Virus record (IMG/VR): IMGVR_UViG_3300030332_002465
Span: 1-27,940 of that record
Reading direction: 5' to 3' (one strand)
DNA from: a virus
Taxonomy: Duplodnaviria; Caudoviricetes
Length of the DNA: 27,940 nucleotides
In this document: in pieces, positions 9,028-17,225 of the stretch
How the letters are laid out: every line of letters starts with the position of its first letter
Numbering within the stretch: the first letter of the stretch is position 1
Position numbers and translations under genes: made by a program
Notes under the pieces: model-generated
Database searches by the model: none
What the model was told of the DNA's origin: nothing
The model's input: only the letters and a program-made list of their open reading frames with translations

Positions 9028-9513
9028 TCATTCAAAACCGCCCGACAGGAAGCGGCTGGCGATGTCCAGGATGTCGTCTTCGTCAGCTGGCCCAATACCG
9101 AGAAATGGCCGGGCCGGGATATCGCCCCAGGGGATGGGACCACCGCGTGCCGTCCTGCCATACTCGCCCTGCCTGGCGCCGAAGAAATGGGTAGGCGCTG
9201 CCGGGTGGTTGGTGCCGATCGCGGCAAAGTCTTTTCCGTAGTCGGTTACGATGGACGCGGCCATGATGCCACTGTCCTGCAGGATCTGGCCGCCTTGGCG
9301 TTCCGGGCGCAGTGCAAGCGTGACTGCAGACAGCGGATCCCAGGCGATGCCCGTTTCCGGATCCGACTCCGTGGAGAACGCCCGTTCGCTGGCATCGGCC
9401 ATCACGTCCGCGATCTCGCGCATGGCGTTGGCTGGCTCCGCCACACGGCGTAACAGTTGATCGAGGCTCTTCTGCACGTCCTCGTGGTTCAGTGTGATCG
9501 AAATGTCTGCCAT
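9028..9513 (-). CDS. Virion morphogenesis protein, Mu gpG-like
   Basis: WDPLS, ILQDSG, IGTN...HFFG and IPARPFLG motifs. Sits between F and I. Confidence 0.9.
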   Translation of the reverse strand: MADISITLNHEDVQKSLDQLLRRVAEPANAMREIADVMADASERAFSTESDPETGIAWDPLSAVTLALRPERQGGQILQDSGIMAASIVTDYGKDFAAIGTNHPAAPTHFFGARQGEYGRTARGGPIPWGDIPARPFLGIGPADEDDILDIASRFLSGGFE

Positions 9514-9542
9514 TGCGGCGTTTCTCCGTTGTTCGCTATACT
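9513..9542 (+). promoter_or_regulatory. Putative sigma70 promoter for the tRNA-like RNA
   Basis: TTGCGG (9513-9518), 18 nt, TATACT (9537-9542), ending 9 nt before the tRNA-like stem. Confidence 0.6.
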
Positions 9543-9551
9543 GAAGTCCTC

Positions 9552-9631
9552 GGATGGGCGTAAGCCTCAGGGGTAGAGCGGCGGGCGCAACGCGTCGGCG
9601 TGTCGCGGGTTCGAATCCCGCCGCCCATCCA
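9552..9631 (+). ncRNA. tRNA-like RNA with degenerate anticodon arm
   Basis: Closing stem GGATGGGCG/CGCCCATCC. Perfect T-arm GCGGG-TTCGAAT-CCCGC. D-arm-like GCCTCAGGGGTAGAGC. Ends in CCA. No canonical anticodon loop. Confidence 0.75.
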
Positions 9632-9641
9632 GATTCCCTTT

Positions 9642-10967
9642 CTAAAGCGCCCCTTCCACCAGCTCGTACTGGCTACCCAGCAGATCCGATGCCCGCACCT
9701 GGTACGCGTTGACCACCACATCCAGCGGTACCGGCTCACTCTTTGCCAGCCTGTACGGAGCATTAACAACCACCTTGTAGGCGGAGTCCTCCGCCGCATC
9801 GGCCACATAGACCAGGTTCTTCTTCACCTTGTCCCACAGCACGGCCTGCGGCTTGGCCATCAGGCGTGGCAGTTCCTGGTACAGCGCCAGCGGAAGCGCG
9901 ATGCCGGAATCCTGATGTTTCTGGCTGTCCGCGTGCATCAGCTGCTTCTCACCAATGACCAGCAGCCGGCTGGGCGCCTTGCCGGTACGCTGGAACACCG
10001 CGCTTGCCAGCGCCTCGGGCAGGAAGCCAATGGAGGCCAGGCCATGGCCGGCCCGGCGGTTGGCCAGTACGTCCTGCGCCCACTGGGCAAACTGTTCCTG
10101 GCGCAGCTCTGAGTTATTCAGGCTCTGGATGACCTGGCTTCTCAACTCCGTACTGCGCACCTGGCCCAGCTTCTGGGCAATGCCGGCATCCACACCGAAT
10201 GCGGCCGCGCCGGGATTGTAGGCCCAGCCCACGTCCGGGCTCATGGATGCCCCTCCAGGCAGGTTGACCACAGCGTGGTCCATGGTGATCACTTCGCCAG
10301 TCTGGAAGTTGGTACCCGCCTCGCGCTGCACCTGTTCGATGTAGTCCGCACCGTTTTCAACCGTTAGGCCTTCGCGCTCCACCTGGCGTTCCGTCAGGTT
10401 TCTAACGCGGCAGCGACAGCCCCAGCCGTTGGGCGGGTATAGGTATTGCCAGATTGGATCGTCCCACCGGAACACGCGGCCGTTCATCGCCCGATGGCTG
10501 GGCCGGGTGCGTGAGTCGATCACAGCGACGTACTGCCAGTAGGGTCGGGTTGATACCGATGCCAGCTGCCGGCGATACCGGCCGGCCATATAGGCCGTTT
10601 GCAGGTTGGTGCGGTAGATGGTCTTCAGCCGCCAGGGGCTGCCCAGTTGGACCTCCCGATCGTTGCCCTGGGCATCCTTCCAGGTTTCCTTGCCCCACCA
10701 GCCCTTGGCTTTGAGTTTCGGCGCCAGGCGTTTGGTGAAATCCCGCTCGGTCACACCCTCGGCCAGCGCCTCGTCCACGGCATTACGGATATCCTGCAGG
10801 ATGTCCATGCGCATGGCTTTGGCTACGGTGAAGGCGTTGGCATGGCTTGCGCCGCGTATTTCCTGCCACTGATCGCTGATCTGGTAGCCCTTGGAGCGGA
10901 AATAGGCTACCGCGTCCTTGGGCGCCATCTTCATGGCGGCCCGCAGGTCCACGTTATTGCTGGCCAT
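9642..10967 (-). CDS. MuF (gpF) minor head protein with C-terminal extension, probable PBECR-type nuclease fold
   Basis: MuF motifs RLKTIYRTN, DSRTRPSH and PPNGWGCRC. About 180 extra C-terminal residues (HADSQKH...LPRLMAKPQAVLWD...NLVY...KVVVN...VVNAY). The nuclease assignment is from recalled similarity only. Confidence 0.85.
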   Translation of the reverse strand: MASNNVDLRAAMKMAPKDAVAYFRSKGYQISDQWQEIRGASHANAFTVAKAMRMDILQDIRNAVDEALAEGVTERDFTKRLAPKLKAKGWWGKETWKDAQGNDREVQLGSPWRLKTIYRTNLQTAYMAGRYRRQLASVSTRPYWQYVAVIDSRTRPSHRAMNGRVFRWDDPIWQYLYPPNGWGCRCRVRNLTERQVEREGLTVENGADYIEQVQREAGTNFQTGEVITMDHAVVNLPGGASMSPDVGWAYNPGAAAFGVDAGIAQKLGQVRSTELRSQVIQSLNNSELRQEQFAQWAQDVLANRRAGHGLASIGFLPEALASAVFQRTGKAPSRLLVIGEKQLMHADSQKHQDSGIALPLALYQELPRLMAKPQAVLWDKVKKNLVYVADAAEDSAYKVVVNAPYRLAKSEPVPLDVVVNAYQVRASDLLGSQYELVEGAL

Positions 10968-12528
10968 GGATCTGCCCCCACAGCTCCGCGACGAACAGGG
11001 CGCGCGTCAGGCGCTCTTCGGCCTTGGCGTCGTCCATGTCCGGGAACAGTTCATCCAGGGCATCGCGCAGCGCTTCCGGGCCCTCAGCAGCGATGGCCAT
11101 CACGGGTTCCAGGATGGGCAGCATCTGTTCGTTCAGGTCGCCATCGGTGAAAGCCTCCAGGGCCTCGTCTATCGCTGCCTGGTCCGGGAAGTCCTCCAGG
11201 CCGTCATTGTCCGGATCCGCTCGCAGCGCGGCGGTTCGCGTTGGCTGGGGTGGCATGGCGGTTGGTGCCGGCTGCGGGGTGAAGCTCAACACTTCTTCCC
11301 CCTCTTCGGGCTGTGGAATGCCCAGCTTGTTGTGGGCCCATCTGATGGGGATCTTCATACCACTGCGCACCAGCCTTGGCAGGGCATCGGCGAACAGCTT
11401 GATGTCCTCCGGCTGCTCTGTCTCGAACACGAACTGGGGCATACGCCGCAAGGGGGTATTCAGCCGTGCCAACGGCGAGACCAGGTCCCGCGTCATCGTG
11501 CGGGCAATCTGCTTTGCATCGCTGGTCAGGATGTCGTGGCGCACTTCATTGTGCACCTCGCCCAAGGCATAGGCACCGCCGCCGCTGGCGCTGGTGTCGC
11601 TGGTGAGCGTGCCACCCAGTATGGCCTTGCTCATGCTGGATTCCGCCCAGCGCATCATGGACATAAACGGGTCGGAACTGCCCTTGGCCGCTTCCTGGAA
11701 GTCGATCTGCATGCCCTGGGGGATGATGCCAGCCGCCGCGTGGCCGATGTTGACCACCGCTTTCATCAGTGTGGATTTCTCGGTGTCGCTGGCGCCGGCT
11801 GGGTATTTGCCCAGGCGCAGCGGCAATCCGTGGATCTCCAGGAACTCTGCCAGATCACGGGCGGAGTAGTTGCGGAACAGGTAGGGCCAGGCGAGGATCC
11901 GCGCCAGCCCGCCTCGGGTGAGGTAACCTGACTTGGCCTTGTGCACATGAGACAGCCAGCCCCATTCGCGCAGCTCTTCACCCAGGCCGTCCAGGGTGCG
12001 CAGTACCAACTGGTTGCGGTTGTGGGCCGGGGTCATGAACCAGTCCGCCGGGCGATAATCCGCGGATTTCAGGCTCCACTGGCCCTCGCTGCGGTCCCAG
12101 TCGTATTCCAGGTTGGCGTAGCCGTAGAGGATCGCGGCGGAAGCGTCGTAGACCATGTCCTCCCAGTCCAGCTCACGGAGGAGGGCTTCCAGGCGGCCGG
12201 TCCATTCCTTCTCCAGCGGCGTTGCATCCTTGGGCGGGCGCAGGTTCCAGTCCAGGCCCAGTAGCGCACGGCGGCGCTTGGACAGCTCTGCGAACAGGTG
12301 TGCGTCCTTCTCTTCCATGTCTTCCGCCAGGCGTGCCTGGTTCTCCAGGCGTCCCTGTTCGGCGTCTTCCAGGATGCTGGCCAGCTTGGCCGGCGTCAGG
12401 CCCCGGCTGGGGTGCTCCGAGAACTCACGGTAAAGGTAACCCACGCTTGCGGTTTGCGGCTCTGTGGCCGGGCCCGGCGTGGCTTTCTTGGGCATTGGCA
12501 GCCCACGGTGATCAAGGATATCTACCAT
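10954..12528 (-). CDS. Portal protein, Mu gp29-like (DUF935)
   Basis: GLTPAKLASIL, EDMEEKDAHL, GLPLRLGKYP, SKAILGGTLT and ALGEVHNEVR motifs. Confidence 0.93.
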   Translation of the reverse strand: MVDILDHRGLPMPKKATPGPATEPQTASVGYLYREFSEHPSRGLTPAKLASILEDAEQGRLENQARLAEDMEEKDAHLFAELSKRRRALLGLDWNLRPPKDATPLEKEWTGRLEALLRELDWEDMVYDASAAILYGYANLEYDWDRSEGQWSLKSADYRPADWFMTPAHNRNQLVLRTLDGLGEELREWGWLSHVHKAKSGYLTRGGLARILAWPYLFRNYSARDLAEFLEIHGLPLRLGKYPAGASDTEKSTLMKAVVNIGHAAAGIIPQGMQIDFQEAAKGSSDPFMSMMRWAESSMSKAILGGTLTSDTSASGGGAYALGEVHNEVRHDILTSDAKQIARTMTRDLVSPLARLNTPLRRMPQFVFETEQPEDIKLFADALPRLVRSGMKIPIRWAHNKLGIPQPEEGEEVLSFTPQPAPTAMPPQPTRTAALRADPDNDGLEDFPDQAAIDEALEAFTDGDLNEQMLPILEPVMAIAAEGPEALRDALDELFPDMDDAKAEERLTRALFVAELWGQIHGQQ

Positions 12529-14087
12529 GCGCCTGTCTCCTGAATGGCCAGATCGTCGTCATCTGCCCAGTTGTCTGGTGAGGCGTCCCAGCGGCTTTTC
12601 ACGCTGGGGGCCGGTGTGTATTCGATGGGGGCCGGGTCCATCCGGCTGGCGTAGTAGGCCAGTGCCAAAGCTATCGCCGCATCGCCGTGGCGGCCTTCAT
12701 TGCGGCTGTTGTTGGGCACCTTGGCCACGCCATTGATCAACTGAACCGCCCGCAGATCGTCCACGATGAAACTGTCGGCCGGGATTTCCAGCGTGCCGTC
12801 TTCCAGGGCGGCCTTCAGCGGCGGCATGTTTTCCCGGTACCAGGTTTCCGACAGCATGATTTCCTGCACGCGGTGGCCACCGTAGGCCTGGGCCGTCACC
12901 TCCGCCAGATAGGCACCGTTACCGGTGGCGTCCATGGCGCCGCCCTGCAGGCGCGGCACTCTGTCCAGGATGTAGTGGAGGATCTGGCGCTGCTGCTCAA
13001 ACGGTACGTTGGCCAGCTCCACCACAAACGGTGTGCGGCGCACCAGGTCCTGGCCGATGATCAACGGGGCGATGACGGTTAAATCCACCTTGCGGGCGAA
13101 ATCTTCGCCGAAGGCCAGCCACAGGTTTTCCGGTAGGTCCATCAGCAGCGGCTTCAGGTGCTCTTCGCACCAGTCCCGGATTTCCGCCTCTCGCATGGCC
13201 GATGGCCATTGCTTGAACTCGTCATCCTTTTTCAGGCGCAGAACAGGTATGCCTTGGCGGGTGCGGGCTTCAATCAATGCCCTGGGCAACCAGTTGCCGG
13301 AGCCTTCCGCCGGTACCGCGTCCAGTTCCTCTGCGGCCGCATCGCCGTAGAAGTCGTAAACCTCCTGCACCCAGGCGTCCTGCGCTTCCTTGGTCCATTC
13401 CCGGCCCAGGCGCAGGCACACGCGCTCGTACAGGCCCTGGGCAACGGCTTCCTTGAACGTGATGCGCTGCACGGAGCCCTTGCGCCGGCCCGATCGCAAA
13501 TCGTTGATCAACTGGTTGAACGGGTTCTGGTCGCCGTTGTGGGTGCTGATCACGCGCACCTTGCCGCCCCAGATCAGCAGGGCCAGCGCGGCCTTCAGCA
13601 GCTCACCCAGCTTGTCGTGGAACGCCGCTTCGTCGATCACCACCACACCCTGTTTACCCCGAAGGTTTGCGGGCCTGCTCGACAGCGCCACGATCCGGTG
13701 GCCACTGTCCGGAAACTTGATGGTGAACGTCTTGATGTTCTTGTCGTCGCTGTCGTCTTCCCACAGCCCCTCTTCCACGGCGCTGGCTGCACGGTTGAAC
13801 ACGCGGGCCCAGAGGGCACAGGCTTCCACGTACTCGATGGCCATGTCCTGGTTGTAGCCGATGTAATACACGTTCATGCCGCCGGCGTTCTTGGCGGCGG
13901 CGGCAATCAACACGTCGTCGGACGCTTCGGCCCAGGTGAGGCCGGTTCGCCGGCTCTTCTCGCTGACCTTGAGCTGGCTGTCATCGGCCAGCCAGGCCTG
14001 CTGATAAGGCAGCAACACCGGCGGCGGGGCGTCGGCGTTGGCGGCTGGCAGTGTTTGAAGCGGGTTGTTTGGCACTGTTTCTGTCAC
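12522..14087 (-). CDS. Terminase large subunit, Mu gp28-like
   Basis: EKSRRTGLTW (Walker A region), VVIDEAAFH (Walker B), and nuclease motifs GEDFAR, DATGNG and HGDAAIA. Confidence 0.94.
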   Translation of the reverse strand: MTETVPNNPLQTLPAANADAPPPVLLPYQQAWLADDSQLKVSEKSRRTGLTWAEASDDVLIAAAAKNAGGMNVYYIGYNQDMAIEYVEACALWARVFNRAASAVEEGLWEDDSDDKNIKTFTIKFPDSGHRIVALSSRPANLRGKQGVVVIDEAAFHDKLGELLKAALALLIWGGKVRVISTHNGDQNPFNQLINDLRSGRRKGSVQRITFKEAVAQGLYERVCLRLGREWTKEAQDAWVQEVYDFYGDAAAEELDAVPAEGSGNWLPRALIEARTRQGIPVLRLKKDDEFKQWPSAMREAEIRDWCEEHLKPLLMDLPENLWLAFGEDFARKVDLTVIAPLIIGQDLVRRTPFVVELANVPFEQQRQILHYILDRVPRLQGGAMDATGNGAYLAEVTAQAYGGHRVQEIMLSETWYRENMPPLKAALEDGTLEIPADSFIVDDLRAVQLINGVAKVPNNSRNEGRHGDAAIALALAYYASRMDPAPIEYTPAPSVKSRWDASPDNWADDDDLAIQETGAW

Positions 14088-14635
14088 TACGCAATCCCCA
14101 ACAGTTCACGGCGCAGGTCGTTGACGACGTCAGCGGACAGCCCGCCGCGCTTGGCCACTTCCGCCGCCTTGTCGGCCGCTTCGCGCATCACTTCCTTGCG
14201 CACCTCCTGGGCCCATTTCTTCTGGTTGATGGTCATGCGCCCTAGATCGGCCAGGGCATGACTGACGGTGGCCATGTGCTTGGCGGCCTTCTCCGGTTCA
14301 TGCTCAGCCCGGCCCAGCGCCAGTGTGATCTGCATCAGCTGCTGCTGGACCATCTGAGAGGTTGCGCCCATCAGTGCGCCCTGGGTATCTTCGTCCGATT
14401 CCGCCCAGGCCTTGGCCATTTCCGTGCTTTTGCGAACCGCGCCCATGGCTTCATCGAACTCTTCCTGCAAGGCGCTGCCATAGCGGTGCACCGCCGATCG
14501 GGACAGCTTGAAGCCGTTCTCTTCCAGCCATTTGGTCAGGCCTTCGTAGTCCTGGAAGCCGTTGGTGACCAGCCGTTCGTTCAGCTCGTCGCGCAGCTCC
14601 TGGGGCAGATCGTAGATCTTTGAACGCGGTGGCAT
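14087..14635 (-). CDS. Terminase small subunit, Mu gp27-like (DUF3486)
   Basis: MPPRSKIYDLP...LSRSAVHRYG signature. Directly upstream of the large subunit. Confidence 0.88.
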   Translation of the reverse strand: MPPRSKIYDLPQELRDELNERLVTNGFQDYEGLTKWLEENGFKLSRSAVHRYGSALQEEFDEAMGAVRKSTEMAKAWAESDEDTQGALMGATSQMVQQQLMQITLALGRAEHEPEKAAKHMATVSHALADLGRMTINQKKWAQEVRKEVMREAADKAAEVAKRGGLSADVVNDLRRELLGIA

Positions 14636-14638
14636 GGC

Positions 14639-14938
14639 TTAGGCTCCCGGCTGTGGCGCGGCAACACCTGGTGTTTTGGCCCGGCCTTCGGCCACGTCGC
14701 TGCCACGACTGGTCAGGGTGATAATCCAACCGGCGCGGGGCTGCTGGATAATCACCAGGCCCTGCTCTTCCAGCCAGGCCAGATCGCTGTGCAGCAAATC
14801 CTTGCTGATGATATGGCCATAGTTGCCGCCCAGCTCATCGTTCAGGCTGTATTCGTTCGAAGTGAACATGTTGCGCCGGGCGAGAATCCGCAGAATCCCC
14901 AGACGGCGACCTTCCGTTTGAAAGTCCTGGTAGCTCAT
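14639..14938 (-). CDS. Mu gp26-like winged-helix protein
   Basis: RRLGILRIL...LAWLEEQGLV...LTSRGSDVAEGRA..PGV signature. Confidence 0.82.
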   Translation of the reverse strand: MSYQDFQTEGRRLGILRILARRNMFTSNEYSLNDELGGNYGHIISKDLLHSDLAWLEEQGLVIIQQPRAGWIITLTSRGSDVAEGRAKTPGVAAPQPGA

Positions 14939-15321
14939 CGGCCTTGGTCTCCCTTGTTGTTCAGCAGGTACTGGTTAACCAGCGTCAGTTGGTGAGATAG
15001 CGCGCTCATCTGCCCCCGAGCGCCGGAAAGATCCTCTGCCACGTCGTTCAGGCGGTCGTACATCTTCGATAGATCACCGTGCGTGGGGGCTCCTTTTTGC
15101 TGGCCTTCCAGAAAGTCCTGACGCCTCTCACAACGCACAACTCGCTCCTCCAGGTGGTCGTAGTCGCTTTCCAGGTCTTTACGCACCGTGTTGATGGCGC
15201 TGGCGTTGGCTTTGCTCTTATTCGTCACATGGGTGTAGATACCCAGCGCTACCAGGCCCAATAGCTGCAGGAGGCCCATCCAGAACTTCGCGGCGCTATA
15301 ATCAAATTGCGACAACTCCAT
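14935..15321 (-). CDS. Mu gp25-like membrane protein (DUF2730-like)
   Basis: N-terminal transmembrane segment, coiled coil and PT..DL motif. Synteny. Confidence 0.72.
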   Translation of the reverse strand: MELSQFDYSAAKFWMGLLQLLGLVALGIYTHVTNKSKANASAINTVRKDLESDYDHLEERVVRCERRQDFLEGQQKGAPTHGDLSKMYDRLNDVAEDLSGARGQMSALSHQLTLVNQYLLNNKGDQGR

Positions 15322-15545
15322 TACTTACCCCTGCGGTCGTGATCGTTCTGGCAGTCCACGCAGCGCACGGCGCGTGGGTTGGCATCCATTCGGGCAAAGC
15401 TCAGCTCGTCAGCGCAATCCAGGCAAAAGCGGCGGCCATGGTGTTCCAGGGGCGCTTCCAGGTGACACTGCAGCGCCTGCTCGATGCCTGCACGGGTGAG
15501 GCGCTCCGTTAGCGCTTGGGCCTGTTCAAACTGTTTCTCGTTCAT
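15321..15545 (-). CDS. TraR/DksA C4-type zinc finger protein
   Basis: CLDC...ARMDANP.AVRCVDCQ. Confidence 0.85.
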   Translation of the reverse strand: MNEKQFEQAQALTERLTRAGIEQALQCHLEAPLEHHGRRFCLDCADELSFARMDANPRAVRCVDCQNDHDRRGK

Positions 15546-15547
15546 CG

Positions 15548-16048
15548 TTATTGCTTGCCACGGTTCATGAGTTTTTGGATGAGCCCACTGCCAGTGGCGG
15601 TCTCGGTGATCTTTTCGGCACTGCGGCCGATGACGTAGCCGCCCAGCCCCAGCTTCATCAGACTGAACAGCGCCAGGATGGCGTCTTCTGACAGGTTTGG
15701 CGGGGTATAACCGAACCAGTAACCGCCGATCAGGAAGCCGAACCAGATCATGGTCAGCGGTCGCCAGTTGCGCTGAAGCCAGCTCTCGCCCTTGGCTTCC
15801 GCCTGCACTACCTGGCCACGTGTTTCAATGCGCGCCCGTTCCAGGTCCGCTTCAAGGCCTTTTAGCTTCAGCAGTGCGGTAGGGTCTTTGCGCAGTTCGG
15901 CTTCGATAGCCTCCGGGGTTTCCTCAACGCCCAGGGCCTGGGCGATGAGACCACCCACCGCGCCGCCGGCAGGGCCACCCAAAGCCGCGCCCAGCATGGG
16001 CGCGGTGTTAGATAGCAGGCTTTTAACGCCGTCCCAGCTCCAGTCCAT
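15548..16048 (-). CDS. Holin, 3TM family
   Basis: APMLGAALGGP, ESWLQRNWRP and GGYVIGRSAEK motifs. Directly after the endolysin. Confidence 0.8.
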   Translation of the reverse strand: MDWSWDGVKSLLSNTAPMLGAALGGPAGGAVGGLIAQALGVEETPEAIEAELRKDPTALLKLKGLEADLERARIETRGQVVQAEAKGESWLQRNWRPLTMIWFGFLIGGYWFGYTPPNLSEDAILALFSLMKLGLGGYVIGRSAEKITETATGSGLIQKLMNRGKQ

Positions 16049-16539
16049 CAGCTCAGCCTCTCCAGCGCTTCCTCAATCGAATGAATGCCGAGCACGTAGC
16101 GAGTTTTCCCAGGCTTACGAACGGCGGTCAGCAGCTCACGACGGGGCTCTGTTCCAGGCTTCGCCAGGCCCACATGCACCCACTGGCCGAACTCATGGAT
16201 GACCTGGTCAAACGGAATGTCGCTGGCCTCGAACCACTGCGCGACTTCCAGGGGGCTATGGCCCACCACGGAGATATCCGCAGCCAGGCCGTAGACGTGG
16301 GCGCTGGTACGGCTTCCGCCAATGGCGGTGTTCAGGTGTTTGGGGCGGTAACCAGAGCTGATGAAGATCGGCCCGAGCGCTTCCCGCGCCGGCTGCAGGG
16401 CGGTGCTTGCCAGTTGCTTGATGTTTGAGAACACCTGGCTGTCCTCGGCAACGCTGATATCAATGCCATGACGCGCAGCCGCCTGCGAGCGGGTGAACTC
16501 GTGAAGGTAAAAATTGGGAGAGAGCTGTATTTTTTTCAT
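16048..16539 (-). CDS. Endolysin, peptidase M15A family
   Basis: LSPNFYLHEFTRS, ISSGYR, SAHVYGLAAD and WVHVG zinc-peptidase motifs. ATG at 16539 preferred. Confidence 0.88.
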   Translation of the reverse strand: MKKIQLSPNFYLHEFTRSQAAARHGIDISVAEDSQVFSNIKQLASTALQPAREALGPIFISSGYRPKHLNTAIGGSRTSAHVYGLAADISVVGHSPLEVAQWFEASDIPFDQVIHEFGQWVHVGLAKPGTEPRRELLTAVRKPGKTRYVLGIHSIEEALERLS

Positions 16540-16595
16540 GCTCCCAGAGTATGGAGCGGGCCGGGAGGGCGGAACCTGCAAGGGTTCGGGTGTTG
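16540..16595 (-). promoter_or_regulatory. Putative activator-dependent late promoter (P-lys)
   Basis: CAACACCCGAA-N9-GTTCCG-N18-TACTCT-N6-ATG. Matches 8789-8844. Confidence 0.7.
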
Positions 16596-16642
16596 GTTAT
16601 TCGGTGGGCAAGGAAACGATACGGTAGGTAGGAGATGTTGGC

Positions 16643-16664
16643 AAGGGGCGGGTTCCGCCCCCTT
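16643..16664 (-). terminator. GC-rich hairpin, possible terminator
   Basis: GGGGCGG-AAC-CCGCCCC stem right after the stop of 16664-17164. U-tail is weak. Confidence 0.4.
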
Positions 16665-17164
16665 CACTCCTGGATCATAGTCAGTATGCCGTTCTCGATG
16701 TAGGCGATGCGATCGTCATAGATAATCTGCTCCGCCACCATGTCCTCGGTGGTCGTGCGCCTGGTATCGCTCGGCTTTCCCCACGCCAGATACACCGCCG
16801 CTTTGGGAGCGCCAATCGGGGCACCACCGTTTAGCAACAGTTCCCTACGTTCTTCATTCATCGATTCCATGGCATTTTCGGCAGCGGCAATAGCTTCCTT
16901 GACTTCCGGGGTTTTGCGAACCTTCCTGCAAAGGTCCTCGATCTCCGCCTTCTCCTCAAATCTCCCGCCGGCCAGCACCATAGCGCAGGCGTGACCAAAA
17001 GCCGGTTTATCCTTCTGGATCTTCCAGTAGAAACGATCTTCTTCGGTCATATTGTCCCAGTCGATACCTCTATCCTGATAACGATCTCCGGATTGGCCCT
17101 CCTGCGCCGTAGCCGGAACAGCGAGGACAAAGCTGAGAAGAATGATTGACAGGTGCTTTTTCAT
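16664..17164 (-). CDS. Exported accessory protein (moron-like)
   Basis: Signal peptide MKKHLSIILLSFVLAVPATA. C-terminal G.PK..V...WGKP...EQ..Y....IENG motif resembles SmpA/BamE-like small domains. Confidence 0.75.
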   Translation of the reverse strand: MKKHLSIILLSFVLAVPATAQEGQSGDRYQDRGIDWDNMTEEDRFYWKIQKDKPAFGHACAMVLAGGRFEEKAEIEDLCRKVRKTPEVKEAIAAAENAMESMNEERRELLLNGGAPIGAPKAAVYLAWGKPSDTRRTTTEDMVAEQIIYDDRIAYIENGILTMIQE

Positions 17165-17225
17165 GGGCTGATCTCCGTTTCAGTTTTTAGCGCCATTAGC
17201 TTTACTTCGTGCCAATGTTATCAAA

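Noticed and set aside
9552-9631. Calling the element a functional tRNA or an attachment-site remnant
   Set aside because: The anticodon arm and D-stem are non-canonical. It lies mid-genome in a phage that integrates by transposition, and has both halves plus a promoter.
17197-17215. Sigma54-like TTGGCACG upstream of the exported protein
   Set aside because: GG-to-GC spacing is 11 nt rather than the required 10, and there is no TTGC box.
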